Assembly: GCF_964355755.1 (NCBI RefSeq)
Contig: NC_092677.1
Coordinates: 19,428,101-19,492,100, forward strand
From: Antedon mediterranea
Taxonomy: Eukaryota; Animalia; Echinodermata
Direction: 5' to 3'
Length of the DNA: 64,000 bases
In this document: positions 50,501-63,490 of the stretch, piece by piece
How the letters are laid out: every line of letters begins with the position of its first letter
Position numbering within the stretch: the first letter of the stretch is position 1
Translations under genes and position numbers: made by a program
The notes under the pieces: model-generated
The model's database searches: none
What the model saw: the letters and a program-made list of their open reading frames with translations, nothing else
Told to the model about the DNA's origin: nothing

Positions 50501-53500
50501 AACAGAGCTTACTTATTAAATCAACACAGATATTGTACAACAATAAACAACAACAATCCAAACTATACAAAAAATTTAACCGGTTTTAGAGTTTTTAATT
50601 TGAAACACTACAGTACTGCTTAAACGCTCCTAATACCACTCACATTGTTCATAATTTTAGATACATGTAGTGGCAAGATTCCTGTTCAAAAGAATTGTTC
50701 ATTGTGATTTGCATTGTTTTTTCATTAATTCTTTGCTTAATGTTGAACACCTTTATCTAAATTACTATAGAACAAAACTGTAATTGCACGGCGTAGCGTG
50801 TGGCAGTTCAGTTCTTTTTGCTATTTGAAACAGGCGGTTCGTAATGGTCATTGGTAGTACTGTAGTACTATACGAATTAATTAAAATGAAATCGTTCCCA
50901 AATGATTTGTCATTTGTTGCTGTCTACGTGAATTTTAGGTTGAATTGGTAACGTTGTTTGAAACGATTCCCATTGGCCCAAAGTGCCAGATGCAAATGTG
51001 AACTCAATGCTTTACTCATATTGCTGATATGAAATTATTATAGAATTGTGTTACTGAATGTGTTCATTGTGTAACAAGACAGGTATATTTAAGCCTAAAG
51101 TATTCTACTTTGGTCAATAAAATGTAGTAAACAATACCATCATGTTCGAAAGTTTCTCCAGAATAACCAATATCACAATTACAACGATATTCACTCACTG
51201 GAATTCGATCACAGGTACCAACATTTAAACATGGATTTGGAACGCATGCTTCAAATAAGAAAATAAATCAATTAAAAATTCTTTCTGCTAAATAATTAAT
51301 ACAATTTAAGATTAAAAACAATACTTTAGAATATATTAATATTAATACTACTATTAATACTACTACTATTAATTTTTCATCTGATATTATTCATATCCAG
51401 TTTTACTCTATCATTACTATGGTTGCAAAGGTAAGCTTGATTCATGATTTGTAACTTGTTTTTATTTTGTAACTTGTTTTTATTGTGTAACTTAAGGAAT
51501 AAATAAAATATAAATAAAATACCATCAATTTCGCAATTTTCTCCAGAATAACCGACTCCACAGTCACACGTATACTGACTTCCAGAACCCGATCGAACGC
51601 ACGTTCCAGAATTTAAGCATGGACTTGGTACACAAGCTAGAAGAGAGATAAGGCCTATAAGTTACTGTTAAATTAGTTTAATGATTAAGATTATCGGATG
51701 GTATTTTGACGAAAGTACATGACTAGGCATATAGTGCTAATACTATCTAATAAAATCTCTTAATACCAGATCCTTTTAATGAAAACTGCACGTGTTATCC
51801 TCAATCTAGAAAAAGACTACGTAGAAGTTGGTATTAAATATTATTTTAATATTACAGCATTTACTAAACGAGTCATCCTGTTTTTACTTAATCGCAATGT
51901 TTTACCATGTTCATTCACATGCGTGTTTATCGAATAGTGATGTTAGAGTTGAGTACCGGACTGTTTAACATTCACAAAACATTATTTATCATTCTTTAAA
52001 AATGGAATTCAATAAAAGAAACACTTACTGTTGAGGCTAGCCCGTTGTATTTGAAAGAGTTCTATCTATTCAATTCCAATGTTGTTGTTTATTGATGTTG
52101 TGTTTTTTTTTTGTATTTTAGTAGTATACTATAAATACCCTTTATGTTATGGATACGTTGTAAAAAGCTCCGTGGGGTATTTATAAGTTAACAACAAATT
52201 TGTATTGATATACTCTACTCTTTATAACATAGTTGATGAAGGGAACTTTAAACAAGTTGACAAAGGCTATATTGTATAATATTATTCTGTGTATTACAGA
52301 CTCATACGTCACCATCGTCTTGACGGCTAAGTCCATGAATATATTTATCTAGACATATTATGCACGACGGTCCACTGCTTTTTGATCTTACTACAAATTT
52401 CATTATAACAAAGATTTGGATTACAGGTTATATCAAACAAAATAATAATTGTATTATAACAACACCTGCCAATACCATTCAAAATAATATAATACACAAA
52501 TCAAACTTCTTACCGTCGTCACATGTGTATCCACTGCCCGGACCTCGAATACAACTTCCAGAATTATAACAAGGATGATTCGGACTAAAGGCTAAATAAT
52601 TATAATAATAACGGTTGACAATACTATAATACAGTGATTGCAGATAGTATGTACAATTAGTTAAGAACATGTTCCAATCCGTTTATCCGTTCCCCTACTG
52701 TAAGTGCAGTACCATATAACTCTACAACATTGCAAATGTACGAAAGCCATTACATTCCGTTGTTCAAACGAATTAGTAAACCGGCGTTTGAACGGATTAT
52801 ACACATTAAAACATACTTAAAATGGCACTTATAGGCTTTCGTAGACATGTGGAAGAACAATATTATTACCTCCGCCAAGGAGGTTATGTTTTCACCCCTG
52901 TATGTTTGTGTGTGTGTTTGTTTGTGTGTGTGTGTGTGTGTGGGTGTGTTTGTGTGTGTGTCTGTGAACAGCCTGGAGGCCACAGTTTTTATCCGATTCT
53001 AACCAAATTTGGACACAATGATCTATGCCCAAAAAGCTCGGACGAGTTCGAATTTGAGGGGGAAAGGTCATAGGTCAAGGTCACAACTAACAAAAAACTA
53101 TTTTACTGCCTATAGACCACAGTTTTGATCCGATTCTCACCAAACTTAGCCACAATGATCAATGACACATCATATAATTGTGGTTAAATTTTGAAGGGTC
53201 AGGGTCAAAGATCAAGGTTCACAAAAAAAAAAAGAAATTTAAAAAAAATAATTTAAAAAAAACCCCTCAGTGGGACTTGAACCAGCGATCTCAACTGTGA
53301 GAGGCTGGATACATAACCATTACACCACACTGTCATCCACAACTTCGTAGTGTGCAGTTAACATATTTACACTTAGAACTAATAAAAAAAAATGTAAAAA
53401 AAAAATATTCAGGGGGCATTTCATGTAGGGGAATTTTACAGTAGGCGGAGGTTTGTACTCTCGGAGTACCCTCTAGTTTACTATTTAATTACTGGATACA

Positions 53501-56500
53501 GCTCATACTGCTTTACCGTCTTTGACTACAATTTCCTGATTTATAACATGAGATGGTGGGACCAGCCTTAATCAAAGATTGTATCTACTCTATAACGACG
53601 TGCCAATAGAAATCAACTCGATCCTGAATATCCATCTGTGCAGTCACACGTATATTCACTTTATGGACCTCGAATACACATTTCAGAATTACAAGGATTC
53701 AGATTACATGCTATATAATTCAAATTTTACACTTATAATAATTGAGAATGCAAATAAGATAAAAAGTTCTAGCAACAACGTTTAACAATTATATTATAAA
53801 TTACAAAATAAACAAGTTACCGTCGGTTTGGCATCTAGTTTCTGAATATCCATCCCGACAGCCACATGTGTATCCACTGCCCGGACCTCGAATACAACGT
53901 CCAGAATTATAACAGGGATTCGGATTACAGACTAAATTTTAAATAATAGTGACAACGACTGAAAATACATTTAAATTTGTAAAAAGTATAGTAATTAAGA
54001 GTGTAAATAATGGTAAAAAGTTCTAAAAAACGTTTTACGATAATTATTATATTATAAATTACAAAATAAAACTTCTTACCGTCGTTTTGGCATCTAGTTC
54101 CTGTATATTCATGCCGACAGTCACATGTGTATCCACTGCTGCCCAAACCTCGAATACAACGTCCAGAATTATAACAAGGATTCGGACTACAGACTAAAAT
54201 AAAAAAATAGCAAAACAAAACAAAATTATAATTGTTAACGTCATCTGACATGGCATCTTTGTCACACGTGTATTATATTTGCTGGTCCTCGATTACAACT
54301 TCCAGGGTTCCGATTACAGTTTATAACATTCTACTAAATTTGTATTAGTTTTTGTCAGTGCAGTAAAGTAGGCTCTACTGTAAAATTGTACAGTCTTTTT
54401 ATGTTATAAAGAAATATTAACAAAACTGTAGATGATAAATTAATGCTACCCCCCACATGTAATTTTAAAGGGGTTAGTGGTTAAGGTAATTTTTCAAACA
54501 AAAATTAGAATTCAATTTAAATGCAATTTATTTATTATTATATTGTTTATATACTTGTTTATGCCGTCAATAAGTATAGTTAATTTATATTTGAAATATT
54601 CTGAATAATATTACCATCAACATCACAGGTTGGTCCTGAAAACCCCGGCTCACAGACGTTGCATTCGCAAGTTCTTGCAGTACGGCATGGACAAGAAGGT
54701 CCTGGGGCAGGAACTATTGGGACAAGGGAACAATCAGTAATCAAACATACATATTATTTATAAATACCACGGCACCATAGTTAATTATCTATTTTTGGTT
54801 CAATGCAACTATATACCCACCACTTTATTGGCTATTATTTCCACCTATAGCCTACCCGTGAATTCACGGCTAGCTATACAGATATAGTCTGAGCTTGTTG
54901 AGATTTACCAACCTACTAGGTCAGGTGGTCAGTGTCAGCTCGTGACTCCCAATTATTCCAATTTCCAGCTGAAAACTACCGTATTATTTTCCAACAAACC
55001 TTTTTTTGTAATCTTATATCTAACAATTTGTCCATTTCATGTTTGTTTTTTTTCAATTCAATATCAATAATTCCAGTTAATGAATTAATGTGTGTTATAT
55101 TCACCACATTAAAGCTAAAATAACATAAAATAACATACCAAATATCATCGTTGCTTTAAACAAAAGAAATAACGACTTTAATAACCAAGATCTCATATTG
55201 GGAATAAAGTGAGAGACAAACTATATGTATTCTTTCTACATTGATGACTGAATGAACATTGCTTGAATATACTATGATATTTTAAAGCAACCCTCTGTTA
55301 GTAACCAGTCATGTGTACTAATGATGCTTTATTGTATTTTATTTATTTACTTATTTATTTGGATGTACACCATTAGATAGGTGGCACACTTTTTTGGGGA
55401 TTTCGGTGGCACACGTACAAGTCTGCATATTTTAACATAAAAATAATAAACTATATAAAATACAAAAAAAAAACAACCCAAAATTACATACAAAAAATGT
55501 GTAAGGTAGAACATGGGTTCCATCGTTGGAAAGATGATCCTCCACTATTGAATATGAAAAAGTAAAGGCAATTTAATGAAAGTCTTTTTTGTAATGTAAG
55601 GTAATGTAAAGGTAGTCATACTGTGTTCAAATTCGTCCAGTTTCCACATCTGTATTCACACTTTTTCTGACAAAAGTCCAGCTTCCAATACGATATAATG
55701 AGAACAAACATAACTACATTTATAAACACATTCTTTCTTCTTTTTCAGCAATGCACAATGCTTGTATATAACTGAACATTTACTATATTGGTCAGATATT
55801 TGCCCTACTCTAACCCAAAGCTACTTCGCAGTAGAAGTAGTAACAATTATCATTACCGATATTATTCTAAAACAATAAATAAATATATTACATACAAAAA
55901 TTAACTAAGAATTTCCGATAAAGTCGTTTTTATAGAATTTTCAAATACAGTAGTAATTCTGGAAAACTATGGTACATACAATAGAAGTTACAACGATTTG
56001 TTGATCTAATTCTAGTTTCTTGTAAATGTCTATTGTTACTGTTTACACATTGAAATTTTGTTCAGCAGTATTTCTAATCAGTATCTGTTATTTTTTCCTA
56101 ATATTGCATTAACTTAGTAAGACAACATTGTATTGGATTACATAATAAGACATACGTGTAGTCGTGCTTAACATGCTAGATAACTCTCTTCTTCTGCTGG
56201 GGTGTGTTGACTGACTCTGGATTTTATCTTCTCTATTCTTGGGATATTATCTCGAGAGCTGCTGTTTTGGGAAGAGCTACCTATACAAATGCAAAATATA
56301 ATTATATTATGGATAAGCATACAATAACAAGGTATTTAATAACGATACAAACAGTCTCAACTTTAAGCGACAATAACCAATGCCTACAGTCATTATATAG
56401 GCCTACCCTCTTAACAACTGTATGTAAATGTGGCAAGTATAACAATCAAATTAATACGTGATATAAAGGGGCTTCCATAAATTGGGTATAATTTTCTCGT

Positions 56501-56984
56501 AAAATGCCAAGTTTTGCAAGATGCAACATCAAGAAATGTTATTACCAATATAAATAGGACCTACGGATGCAATTTATTAGGGTACGTTCTTATACCATGA
56601 TGAGGGTGATTTTTGACCGGACTATAACTTTAAGTTTAAATGAGGAATCTGCAGAATCCAAAAAGGTTTTACCGAGATCTTTACATTCCAATTACATACA
56701 GTTGTTAAAAAGGTATAATGACCGTTAATAGTTTATACAATTGTATTGACTTGACTTGTTGTTTGTTCACTTACCATGTATGGTGGAGTTTAAGAGTCGC
56801 ATTTTTAGTCACGTGGACGCGACTCTATAGTTCACTATGTCGGTCTGTCTGTCGGTCCGGTATCACTATGCGTTTTAGCACGCGACTTATGGCTGTTGGC
56901 CTTGTTACCATATGCACTGCTTTCATAATTGTCTTCTTCTTCCTCCTCCTCTTCCTCAACCTCATTGTGAGTAAGATTCTGCAG
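44523..56984 (-). CDS. Multi-EGF single-pass transmembrane receptor with Tyr-motif cytoplasmic tail
   Basis: Putative N-terminal exons 56909-56984 (acidic) and 56173-56280; Cys-rich 54615-54713; phase-1 EGF exons 54080-54193, 53821-53931, 51523-51636, 51138-51248, 50380-50490, 49398-49505, 48857-48964, 45290-45400; TM 45064-45133; tail 44523-44742 (YENV, YQDL, YTDL). Dead EGF exons near 53620-53712, 52513-52592, 52310-52430 and 49857-49972. Signal-peptide exon not found. Confidence 0.8.
45518..48794 (-). mobile_element. 5'-truncated L1-Tx1 LINE in an intron of the EGF receptor, 12-bp TSD
   Basis: ORFs 46745-48775 and 45678-46739 (NWRPISLL, DFEKAFDSV, GCRQGDPLSP, QYADDT); poly(A) at about 45518-45535; TCATTTAATTAT at 45506-45517 and 48795-48806. 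Confidence 0.93.
50065..50290 (-). mobile_element. Decayed copy of the tRNA-derived SINE
   Basis: Reverse-complement match to 35790-36070 with internal deletions. Confidence 0.75.
52863..53478 (+). mobile_element. Non-autonomous Helentron/HINE-like element containing a tRNA-like segment
   Basis: TTACCTCCGCCAAGGAGGT head, (TG)n microsatellite, subterminal inverted GGCGGAGGT, 3' hairpin GTACTCTCGGAGTAC and CTAGTT end; minus-strand A/B-box segment at about 53263-53330. Confidence 0.75.
56801..56906 (+). repeat. Short HINE-like element
   Basis: AGTCACGTG...CACGCGACT subterminal inverted repeats, GTCT/GTCG microsatellite; same family as 33131-33627. Confidence 0.55.
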
Positions 56985-57639
56985 CTACGTTAAGTCTAAA
57001 TATTCCTTTAAAACAAATTAATACACATATTGTACATAAGTAGTCTACATCTACCTGTTCTTTTTCTCTAGCTCTTATATTTTATATATCTTATATATAA
57101 TATATTTATTTGTACGATAACTACATCATTTTCAGGTTATCGTCATCAAATGTTTTTTTATTATTACGATGACGTCAAAAAAATGTTATTAACGATTTTG
57201 GGCGCCCGAAACAGAGATGTCTTTTATAAACATGATCATTGGACAAGAAATGTACTAATTGATTGTATACCGTACCTTTGCAGCATATTTATAAACAAAA
57301 TAATGTAGTGGCAGAGGCTAAAATCACAAGGCATTCTATTAAAAATGAATATGATATTCTCTATGAAAGAGAGAAAGGTAAACAAATGAGAAAAGATAAA
57401 TAATAGTATTTTATCAATTTATAGACAAAATGTTGGTTTTGAAATAAGTGTATGATAGAACAAGTTTAAAAATGTCTGTATGACGATCGGTAAAAATGTT
57501 ATTGCTGTACGGTAAACATAGCTTTTGATTAGCATGGTTTACATTTACTTATATATATTTGAAAACAATTTGAAGAGGCATTGCTTTTCTATAGTCTAAT
57601 GAATCAGAGTATCGTGTTAGGCCTAATTCTTTTTTTACA

Positions 57640-57717
57640 AAAGATGCCAAATGTGATGCAATCGACAGCCAAAATGTTTGCCGATGACACAAAAAATATA
57701 GAGAAATATTAAGAGCC
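57640..57717 (+). mobile_element. Fossil CR1-type RT fragment split by the foldback element
   Basis: STAKMFADDTK at about 57665-57695; decayed continuation (FN...KC-like) after 60224. Confidence 0.5.
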
Positions 57718-60223
57718 ATTGTCTGTAAAAATCAAAGATTTGGTGGCAGATATAAAAAAATGGATTTCTCTCAAATTTTTACCATGAATAGACACTTCAA
57801 TAAAAAGCATATCTACAACATTCATTTTAATTTTTAGCCTTCGTTGCCATGACAACGGTCAATTATCCAAATGTTGATGTTTTTGCCATTTTTCACAGAT
57901 TTTCTATAGTGAAAAAGTACAAACTTGTATACTTGTTTTAACCAGAAATACTTACAGTATACAGTTTTTGTTTATATCAGTGTAAACAACTAAGTATTGA
58001 GTTCCATTTAATGTAGAAAAAAAAAATTACAAAATGGAGTTTGGTTCATACCATTATTTTTAAAAGGGGTGTTTTTAAAAAATATTTTTTTATAAAAGTA
58101 TACCTCATAAACGTACCTATAACTTCCAAAGTGGTGTTTTTATATCAATGAGGTTTTGTAATTTGATAGTCAATAGGTTTTTCAACAATAATCTCGAAAA
58201 AAAAAACTGGGGTAAATTTTGTACATAGATTTTGTGTTGCCAGGGAAATACAGAAAATACAAAAAAATACAATAAAAAAAAGGCAATAAACAAAACACAA
58301 GAATAAATATTTAAATATGGCTAATCCAATGATAAAATATATATTTGGCTTGTCATAATGCTACTAGACTTGCCCCAAGTCTGTATTTATTGTCTTTTTT
58401 AAAAATTATTTGTTTTTATTTCGACCGCGATTTTTGTCTGAAAATAACTCCAGTAATACACGTATGAAACGCCATATGTGCAAAAATATTTATATTTTTA
58501 CAAAATTCCGTCTGGAGCCCAGACTATAATGCTACTAGAGTCATACGAATAGTTTAGATAAAATACGAGAATGTGTTGCCAGGTTTATTTCAATTAATTG
58601 CCAGAAAAAACAGTATTTTGCATTGAAATATTTAGTTGATGGAAACTAATGTTAAACTTTGAAATAATTGCCTCCAGGTTTTTTTTTTAGTTTTGACATC
58701 TATTTTTTGTAAAGAGATACAAAAAGACGTCCCAAAAAATCTGAACATGTAAATAGGTCATTTGAGGTCAAAACAGGACAGGTCCCCACTTTAGTTCAAA
58801 TATTAATGTTTTATCAAAATTTACAAGATAATTTAATTTTAATTTAATTTTTTAACTATAGTTTTACCTTAGCAACCATTTCTATGTGTAACTAAGGAAA
58901 GAAATTTTAAAAAAACGTTAAAAAAATGACGTTTTTATGAATACAAAGAATTGATTGCATTTGTACTTTTTTTCAATTTTACTTCTACTGCATTCTAATA
59001 ATCATAAAGTGATGACAAACTCATTCACCTTGGAAATTCATTCATTTTGAGGTCAAATGAGGTCAACATTTTACCATAGTAACTGTTTCTATGCGAAAAT
59101 ATTTTTAAAATAAGGGGTTTTCATAAATACTACTTAGTTTTACATTTCTACTTTTTCCCAAATTTACTTTAATTACTGAATCCTATTAATCTCAGAAAAA
59201 AGTCTTGACAAATCTAAATAAAGGTAAAAAATTGACCTTTAGTGTTATCTTAAAACCTGTTTCTATATATAACTATAAAGGATAATTTAAAAAAAAAATA
59301 AAATATGGGGTTTTCATGAAAAAAATATAATTACATTTTACATTGAGGTCAATTGACATCAACATGTTACCTATAGTGTGTTTTAGCAACTCTTTCTATG
59401 CGTAACTAAGTACAATTTTTTTATTACGGGGTTTCATGACTACAAACAATTGATTACATAGCTTTACTAATTTTTCCCAAATTTACGTATCTACTGAATC
59501 CCAAAAATCACACAACAGGGGTTGTGTGGGGAGTCGGAAGTGGTGGTTGATGGTCATGTGGAATGGGCACAACTAGAATTATATAAAACATTAAGAATTG
59601 TTCTGACCAATGGGTTTAAAATCAGATAAATCAAAGAAAATAAAATGTTTTTAATAATTTACCATGTTTTTTTTTATAAAAATGCCCATGTTTCTGGCAA
59701 CACTGCTTGTAGATATTTAAATTACCCAAAATTACCCCAGTATTTTATTTTAGAAATCACTTATTAAACATTAGAACTACCTATTTGTAATAAATCAGCT
59801 AAAAAAACACCACTTTGGGCGTTATGGTGAAGTAGTTTTTAGCAATTAATAAAAACTGAAAAACACCCCTTTTTAAATAAATGGTATCTCCCAAAGTATG
59901 AAATCAAAATTTAAAAAAAAATATGAAACAGATACACAATGCATTGTTATTATGCATACACTAATTATTTTTTATAATCAAATAAACAAAACAAAAATAT
60001 CGTTCATCAAAGTACTATCAATATCCATTTTAAAAAACCTTTAAAAAGGACAAAATTTGTCAAAAACACCAATTTGCCCGTTGCCATGGAAATATATGTG
60101 TGAAATAAAAAATACTTCATATTTGATTTCTCTCAACACATATACAAGTGCAAAATTTGAAAGAAATCCATTTTTTTTTAGTCTGCCACTATTTTTGATA
60201 TTTCTTTGATTCTTACAGACAAT
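57718..60223. mobile_element. Non-autonomous long-TIR (foldback) DNA element
   Basis: ATTGTCTGTAAAAATCAAAGA / TCTTTGATTCTTACAGACAAT termini; imperfect inverted arms of about 500 bp; internal degenerate tandem units at about 58770-59500; no TSD seen. Confidence 0.75.
58365..58526. mobile_element. 162-bp miniature of the AcademH-like element, 9-bp TSD TAATGCTAC
   Basis: Same hairpin termini as 31672-32628 in opposite orientation; perfect TSD at 58356-58364 and 58527-58535. Confidence 0.88.
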
Positions 60224-62232
60224 AGATTGAATATCTCAACGCCTTGCACTTTGCAGCATGATCATCTCTTTTGGTTATTCAATTCCAACTAAATGTGCTG
60301 TTGTTCTAAGATTCTATTTTTTTAAATGAAGAAGTGCCAGTGTAAAATAACAACTATTTCAACAACATGAAACCTGCAAAATTACACGTAGGCCTACAAG
60401 AAATTTGCAAACGAGCAAATGAACGAATTGGAATCGATGATCAAAAGATGTTTTAATTTTCATTTTTTCCCCGTGAATTGATTCACCACTCACTGTTATG
60501 ATTATTAGGCCTACCCAGATTTATTCAGGAAGGGTTTAGGGAAAGGTCTTATTATGATACCTCACAAAAACAGTGTAGTTTCAGATGGAATCATTGTCTT
60601 TAGACTACATCGATTCGTATGACATAATTAACATCGATCACAATTCCTTATTTGGTACAGTAGTAGTAGGCCTATCACACAACACAAGTTGGGATAGACG
60701 TGTCTTCCATTGCATTATTATTAAGCCAACACAACTAAATGCCGCTCACTATAGGGCCTCCAGACGAATACTAAGATCAAAGAATATATATCACAAGAAT
60801 GAGTATTCCGCGATTTTTGCATGAGAAATTTGTAACAGAGAGCTCCGGAGAGTGATGCCCGCCCTCATAAGGGCGGATGTATACATACTAAATAAGACTT
60901 GATTTAATAGATATTATACATGTCACATTAAATAGAATTATGATAATATATTTCGCAATTGTAAACTATTTTATAATACATATTTATTAACAAACTAGTG
61001 TACATTCACTTTTACAGACAATTATTTACTAACATGCTAAATTAGTTCACAAAAAAGGCCTAACACAGCAACACCAAAATCAACAAATCGTTACTCAGCA
61101 CTGGCCTATTCTTTACCATTGCCGCGTACTACTCTACGCCCGGTAAATTAAGTATTGTTTTTATGATATAAATTAGTATAAAATACATGTTATTAATAGG
61201 ATAAAATGTTAAATGTCATTAACATTTATTTGTTTTACCAGAAACAAGTTAAATATAGGAATATTATTAAACTATCCTACGTGAAAACGCGTAAACACCA
61301 ACACGCCCGGTCACGCTATTGTAGCGCCCGGTTGATAAAGCAAACTGTTTATACGGCAGTTTTTACTAAATAAATTGCATAAAACGAACAATTAAATATC
61401 CAAATAGTATTTAACATGATGTTGGCATGTAGTTGATAACATTTTTTATCATGAAAATACTACCGGTGGTCCAGCCTTTGATTAGTGAAACCGTCACAAA
61501 AAGTTGTATACATCCCAGATACATCCACACTTATGGCGGCGCCCTACCACATGGACAATATTACTTTTAATTAATTTATTAGGAAATGACACCTTTGCAT
61601 CGGTGGCACACACAGAAGTGGTGCATCCAATTTAACATAATACATCAAAACAATACATTATATGACGGATACAGGTTCTTAAACTGTTTGCAAAAATATA
61701 AAAGAAAAATCATTACCAACATGGTAATATAGGTACTGTATTAAATTGTCCTACGGTATCATAGGTTTGAGTTGATAAAGAGGTATATAAAAATAAACAT
61801 AAAATATACTGTAGTAAAGAGTTTACAAACCATTGTGTTTCAACATCAGGTACTGTTACAGGGAAAATCGCGGATTACTCATTCTTGTGATATATATTCT
61901 TTGCTAAGATACTGTAATCAGTTACAATTAAGATACATAGACATCCTAGGCCTACTATTTTTATTCCAATTACCATGGAGGAATAATAGTCAATTGACTA
62001 TTATATATAATAGGCTATGATGAGAGGTAAACAGACGGTCAGATATTAGTGACTTAATGAACTGTTTATTATTCATGAGTGAAGAGTGTTATTCAGCCTC
62101 CGTGAACGTGTACAGTATTCAATGGAGCAAATTTTGCATCGATTTCCCTCCGATTCCGAGAAAATTATGTTCTCGCCGTGTGAATAGACTTGTTTCTGAA
62201 TTCACTGCTGCTGTGTGAATAATATGGTTCAG

Positions 62233-63165
62233 TATGGAACGCCGTTACTGCCTTCTTCGGCTCTTTTACCATTCGGCCCTTTACCATTTGGCTCTTTCAC
62301 CATTTTATCTTTTACCATTACGTTCGGCACTTTTACCATTACGTTCGGCACTTTTACCATTTCATATGGCTCTTACCATTTCATACGGCTCTTTCATCAT
62401 TTCATACGGCTTTTTCATCATTTTCATACTGCTCTTTTATCGTTTGGTGCTTTTCTATTCGGCCCCTTTACCATTACGTTCGGTGCTTTCATCATTCAGT
62501 GCTTTTACCTTTCGGCCCTTTTCACGTTTCAACAAATATGACCCTTGACATCGGGTAAAATGAGAAAATGTGACTGCTGTATGGAGCCTAGTCCAACTTG
62601 CTCAAACTTGCCCAAGTACACGCGCGGCACATCAAGTCCTAAGGCAGGAGGTTGTTTTCGTCCCAACACCACCAATAGGTGAAAAATTGTTCAACCAATC
62701 AAAACTTTTTCGATTCGTGTGAATATATTCTATATTTTATACACTGTTTCTATATACCCAGTTTAGGGTGTCACGAAACCTAAGACCACGAAAGCTAAGA
62801 CCCCCTAAGACCTAAGATCACGAAAGCTAAGACCCAAGACCTAAGATTACAAATATTTCGTGACACCCACCTAGTTTAGACCTATATCGCGTATTTTTCA
62901 CCTATTGGAAACGACCTGCCTCGGACTCAATGTGCCGCGCGTGTACTTGGGCAAGTTTGAGCAAGTTAGACTAGGCACATTTTCTCATTTACCCGGTGTC
63001 ATATTTGTTGAGACGTGAAAAGGGCCGAAAAGTAAAAGCACTGAAAGATTTTTATTTTTATTTTTTGAACGTAATGGTGAAAGAGCCGTATAAAATGGTG
63101 AAAGAGCCAAATGGTAAAGGGCGGAATGGTAAAAGAGCCAAAGAAGGCAATAACGGCGTTCCATA
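62233..63165. mobile_element. Foldback-type element with 21-bp subterminal tandem repeats and 6-bp TSD GTTCAG
   Basis: TATGGAACGCCGTTA...TAACGGCGTTCCATA; repeats of CGGCTCTTTTACCATT; arms nearly meet in the centre; GTTCAG at 62227-62232 and 63166-63171. Confidence 0.85.
62766..62868. mobile_element. Nested 103-bp MITE (MULE-like), 10-bp TSD with one mismatch
   Basis: GGGTGTCACGAAA...TTTCGTGACACCC, internal CTAAGAC repeats; ACCCAGTTTA and ACCTAGTTTA flanks. Confidence 0.75.
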
Positions 63166-63337
63166 GTTCAGGTAGTAACAAAACATGTGCGTTTGTGTGA
63201 GGGAGAGAACGAGTATTGTTGAGTACCGTTGAGTCACAGTACTGTACAACAATTATTGCTTTTAATTTGAAAAATAAATGTACTTAATAAGGTAAATGAA
63301 GTGCCAATGATCTGTTATGTAGTAATTGACGGCGACG

Positions 63338-63490
63338 ATGGGCAAGAGTAAGAGAAACAAGAGATTTAGAGCGAAAAAATCCAGGCCCACTGGATTACCA
63401 AGCGTGAAAGAAATGGAGGAGCTCGGTGAAACGGAAGATTTGTCAGCTGGTGGTGATCTGCAACAAACAGTGTTTGGCCTTATGGAAAAG
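63338..63490 (+). CDS. HEATR3: First coding exon of HEAT repeat-containing protein 3 (Syo1 homolog)
   Basis: MGKSKRNKRFRAKKSRPTG...GLMEK then AAG|GTTGGC donor; resembles from memory the HEATR3 N-terminus (MGKSRTKRFKR...PTG...LLEK). Confidence 0.75.

Noticed and set aside
55330-55760. Possible LINE 3' end fragments here and near 61570-61760, resembling 23095-23150
   Set aside because: Similarity limited to short motifs (GGTGGCACAC, GGTGC-x-TCCA); too weak to call without alignment.
60860-61540. Possible MITE with CATAAG-x4-GATGTAT inverted ends and internal palindromy
   Set aside because: Short imperfect match and no TSD found.
62215-63252. Hydrophobic repetitive ORFs on both strands
   Set aside because: Translations of the 21-bp subterminal repeats of the foldback element.
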